64,000 bases of DNA, from the NCBI GenBank assembly GCA_051942205.1, contig JAVECO010000010.1, positions 62,001-126,000 on the forward strand, written 5' to 3'. A program made the translations under genes and the position numbers. The notes under the pieces were generated by a model, which worked only from the letters and a program-made list of their open reading frames with translations, had not been told where the DNA came from and ran no database searches. Within the stretch, counting starts at the first letter, position 1, and the number at the start of each line of letters is the position of its first letter. Of the stretch, positions 60,681-64,000 are shown piece after piece. Origin of the DNA: Coniocarpon cinnabarinum. Its lineage: Eukaryota.

Positions 60681-62247
60681 TCATTTGCACCTCTTCTCCA
60701 CGATCCCGGCACCCCCCTCCTCATACTCCTTCCGCGAAACCCACATCTGATGAAAAGTGCCCAAACTCGCCAAAATACTGCCCCCAATCCAACTCGCGTA
60801 TTTCCTCTCGACCACATTGCCCGGACTCTGCAACCGCACCTTCAAATTGGGCCACTGACTGCTCAGATCCGCATTAATTCGTGCCGTCAATCCCGGTAGG
60901 AGACTCGAACCTCCCACTACGACGACGTTGTGGAGGATGTGGCCTTTGATATCTGTGTCGACGGCTTGGAGCGCGGATTTGCAGAGGCCGGGTATTGTGG
61001 TTTTGTCAGTTGGCGTGAGCATAGGTCTTCCCGTGCCTGGATCACCGGTGAGCGCTGATTTCTCATCGAAGAGGGATTCCGCGGGTCGGTAGCGCTCCGC
61101 GCCAAAGACGTTATTGTACCCGTCGGGCATCTCAAAGGGGCGGCCTTCAGACTGGCGCAGCAGATCTTGAGCTTGCGAAAGGGACTGGCCGTTTCCGCGC
61201 GCGGGGTCCCAAACTTGGACGACGGATTCTTTAAACTCGGAGAGGACGCGGTCTTCTTGGAGGCGACGGAAGGAGGGGCTCGGTTGCGGATCTGTGAATG
61301 TACGGTAGGTGGCTTGTGCGGGCTGGCCTGCTTCGACTGTGGTTTTGGAGGCGACGGTGTAATGTGGTGTCAGTGGTGTAGGCGGTTGTGTTTGTTGAAA
61401 GAGGAGGCGGATTTGGTCGGAGAGGTAATTTCCTGCGAGCGGTGAATGGAGTGCGCCCTTCTTCAGCATCATGCCGTCGTAGACGGGGGTGATTGCGGTG
61501 TTGGCGGCGCCGAGGTCGATGACCAGGGCGGATGGCTTGCCACTGGCGAAACTAGAAAGTCTCTTGTCAGAAAACAGCCCAAAAATGGCAGACAATGGAC
61601 GCGCACCTACGCCGCCATGACACCGCTGCGCGCCAGAAAGAACGCGGGAACGCCCCACTCTTCCATTGCAATCTCCATGATCTTCTCGCGGTTCTTGGTG
61701 GGATTCCAGCCGGGTTCGGTAACAATAAGGGGATTCTCCGTCATAGACTTCTCATGTTGCTCGACGTCCTCCATCTTCATGTCCTCGCCGTTCTCGCCTT
61801 CCTTTGGATCATCGTTGAGACCGTTACGTATGGCGGGTGTCTGATGATGGCCAGTGAGGCGAGACGTGATGGCGTACTCCCACAGCTTGGAAGCGATGTC
61901 CCAGTCTTCGACGACGCCGTCTTCGTTCATGGGATTGTGGATTTCGAGGCCAGAGAAGGGGTTGTGGACGGCATTGTCGCCAAAGAGCGGTCCACTGCTG
62001 CCAGGCTTGCGACCGTAGTAGGTGGGGACCACGGATTTGGGGGTGTCTTCGCCTGCGAAGCCGGCGCGGACCACTGAATAGCCGGGATCGAGGACGAGCG
62101 CGGATATTTCATCTGTATTGGAAGGAAATAGGTTAGATTTGCTCTTGTATAGTAGCTTTACTAAAAGTTGCGGCGCCATAGTGTATGGTGTGGAATGGAC
62201 TCACCGGCGCCGTACTCCACTTGGGGTGGCGATATAGCTGTAGACAT
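60681..62247 (-). CDS. ARP4: Actin-related protein 4
   Basis: [25 protein letters not shown] and [18 protein letters not shown]...KRCK. Introns 62113-62204 and 61552-61610. Confidence 0.95.
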
Positions 62248-62479
62248 GGCGCAAAGGTAGGCACAACTGCTCTGAAGCAGGAGTGAAAGTGCGCAAGGCG
62301 TTACATTTGAATCGAAGAAGGTCCGGTTGCATGTTGAAAGTCGCGAAACATTTGGTGGTGGCAGGGACGCGATCTGCAAATGACTCGCAAGACGTGACGT
62401 CTGTGCTTGTCTTCAATTATCTTTTTCGAATACAACACTCCTCGAGCTCCACACGCACTGCATCGCAACTAGATCCGAC

Positions 62480-64000
62480 ATGAGACGCATCTTGCCAGCA
62501 GGCTCACAAATTACCCAACAATCATTTCGACAATACTGCCGTCCTCGCCGCATGACTCCCTTCATCTCCGCACCTCCCTCCACAAGACTCGCTGCTCCTT
62601 TTGCTTCTCGACGATCTTTCGCAACTCCCACTGATCCCCCCCGACCGCCTCCTGACGAATCAAAAGAGCCCCAAGATTTGTCATCGACCGGGAGCAGGCC
62701 AGGGTCTCGTTCTCAGGACTCGGCGCAATCCCCTTCAGGTGCTCAAAAATTGCCAGATGACATTGATGAGAAGGCCGCACAAGTCAATGCCTCGGAGGCG
62801 GCCAATCCCACAAACGCAGATCCTCCACCAGCAATAGACCTTCTAGCGCAGGCAGAAGAACAACAGAACTCAAGAGAGCGCGGGGACAGGTCAAGAGACG
62901 CCTTTAAAACGTCGATTGATCGAAGAAGGGAGAATGTGGCGTACTATGGCTACATAGCCTTACCTGCGATCCTTCTAGCGGGTTTCGTCACCTTGGGTCA
63001 GAGCTGGGATGATAGAGAAGCAAAAGCCCACCCAGATATTCCCAATGGCTGGTCGCCTGCGCAGGTGTATGCCAGAGCGCGCACACGGCTAGCGGAAACG
63101 TTGGGTTACTACACTGAACCTGCGTTTCCTCAGCTGCTACCTGAGGTCGGACTAGATGTGCGGCCGCCGTATACACTTGTGCTGAGTCTTGAAGACCTGC
63201 TTGTGTCGAGCAAGTGGAGTCGGCAGAATGGCTGGGAGGTCGCCAAAAGGTATGTCCTTCTCGAACTCCTCGTCATGCCACTATGAAATCCGTAACGCCG
63301 ATGACATGTCTGAGAACTAACATACCATCACAGGCCAGGTATCGACTACTTTCTCCGCTACCTTAGCCAATACTACGAACTCGTCCTCTTTACCTCCGTC
63401 CCCATGATGAACGCCGAGCAAGTCTACCGCAAGCTCGACCCCTTCCACTTCATCATGTTCCCCCTCTTCCGCGAAGGCACGCGCTACATCAACGGCCAGC
63501 ACGTCAAAGACCTCAACTACCTCAACCGCGACCTCTCCAAGACCATCATCATCGACACGGACCCCAATCACACCCAACTTCATCCCGAGAATTCCGTCAT
63601 CTTGCCTAAGTGGAATGGCTCACCGAGGGACGAGCATTCGCCGGACTTGATCGCGCTGATTCCATTTTTGGAGTATATCGCAGGTATGAACATTGAAGAC
63701 GTGCGCAAAGTCATTAAATCCTACGAGGGCAAGAACATTCCCCAAGAGTACGCCCGTCGCGAAGCATTAGCACGCGAACAATTCATCAAAGAGCGCGGCG
63801 GGCGATCCAGCTCCTCTTCCAGCAGCGGCGGCGGTCTCGGCAGCCTCATGGGCTTCAAGCCACCGCCCCAGCCAGGCCAATTACCCGGCGAGCAAAGTCT
63901 CGCAGAGGGACTCGCGCAGGGCAAGATGCTCATCGATCAGGTGAGGGAAAGAGGCCAGATGCAATATCGCGAGATTCAGCACCAGATTGAAGTTAACGGG
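62480..64000 (+). CDS. TIM50: Mitochondrial import translocase subunit Tim50 (3' end outside the window)
   Basis: Presequence, one TM, YTLVLSLEDLLV..W.....W..AKR|PGIDYFL and KDLNYLNRDLSK; intron 63250-63333. Confidence 0.94.

Noticed and set aside
1..64000. CRISPR arrays, rRNA, tRNA
   Set aside because: None seen; this is eukaryotic gene-rich DNA without regularly spaced repeats or rRNA/tRNA signatures.

Overview
Intron-containing genomic DNA from a filamentous ascomycete, probably a Dothideomycete (inferred from the PKS type and intron style). Conserved housekeeping blocks lie at both ends. Left: a conserved unknown protein, a CSR1-type CRAL-TRIO protein, DAM1, an RRG8-like protein and ClpP. 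Right: an F-box-like/TPR protein, ENT3, ARP4 and TIM50 (truncated). From about 11 to 34 kb is a gene-sparse accessory block: a putative amidoligase, two orphan acidic helical proteins, a small hAT-like MITE, a 91-aa secreted 8-Cys protein, an orphan with Sup35-like repeats, a small membrane protein with an N-terminal HET-s/NWD2-like amyloid-signalling motif, a multi-TM protein, an OTT_1508-type deaminase and an SRR1-like protein. After it come OTU1, a coiled-coil protein, two diverged tandem BTB + Zn-ribbon paralogs and a non-reducing DHN-melanin-type PKS with no visible CMR1 or THN reductase neighbours. Downstream of the PKS are a ~240-nt highly structured candidate ncRNA, a small orphan gene and a secreted GMC oxidoreductase with a +1 frameshift. 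All gene models were spliced by hand and family calls come from recognised motifs; no searches were run.
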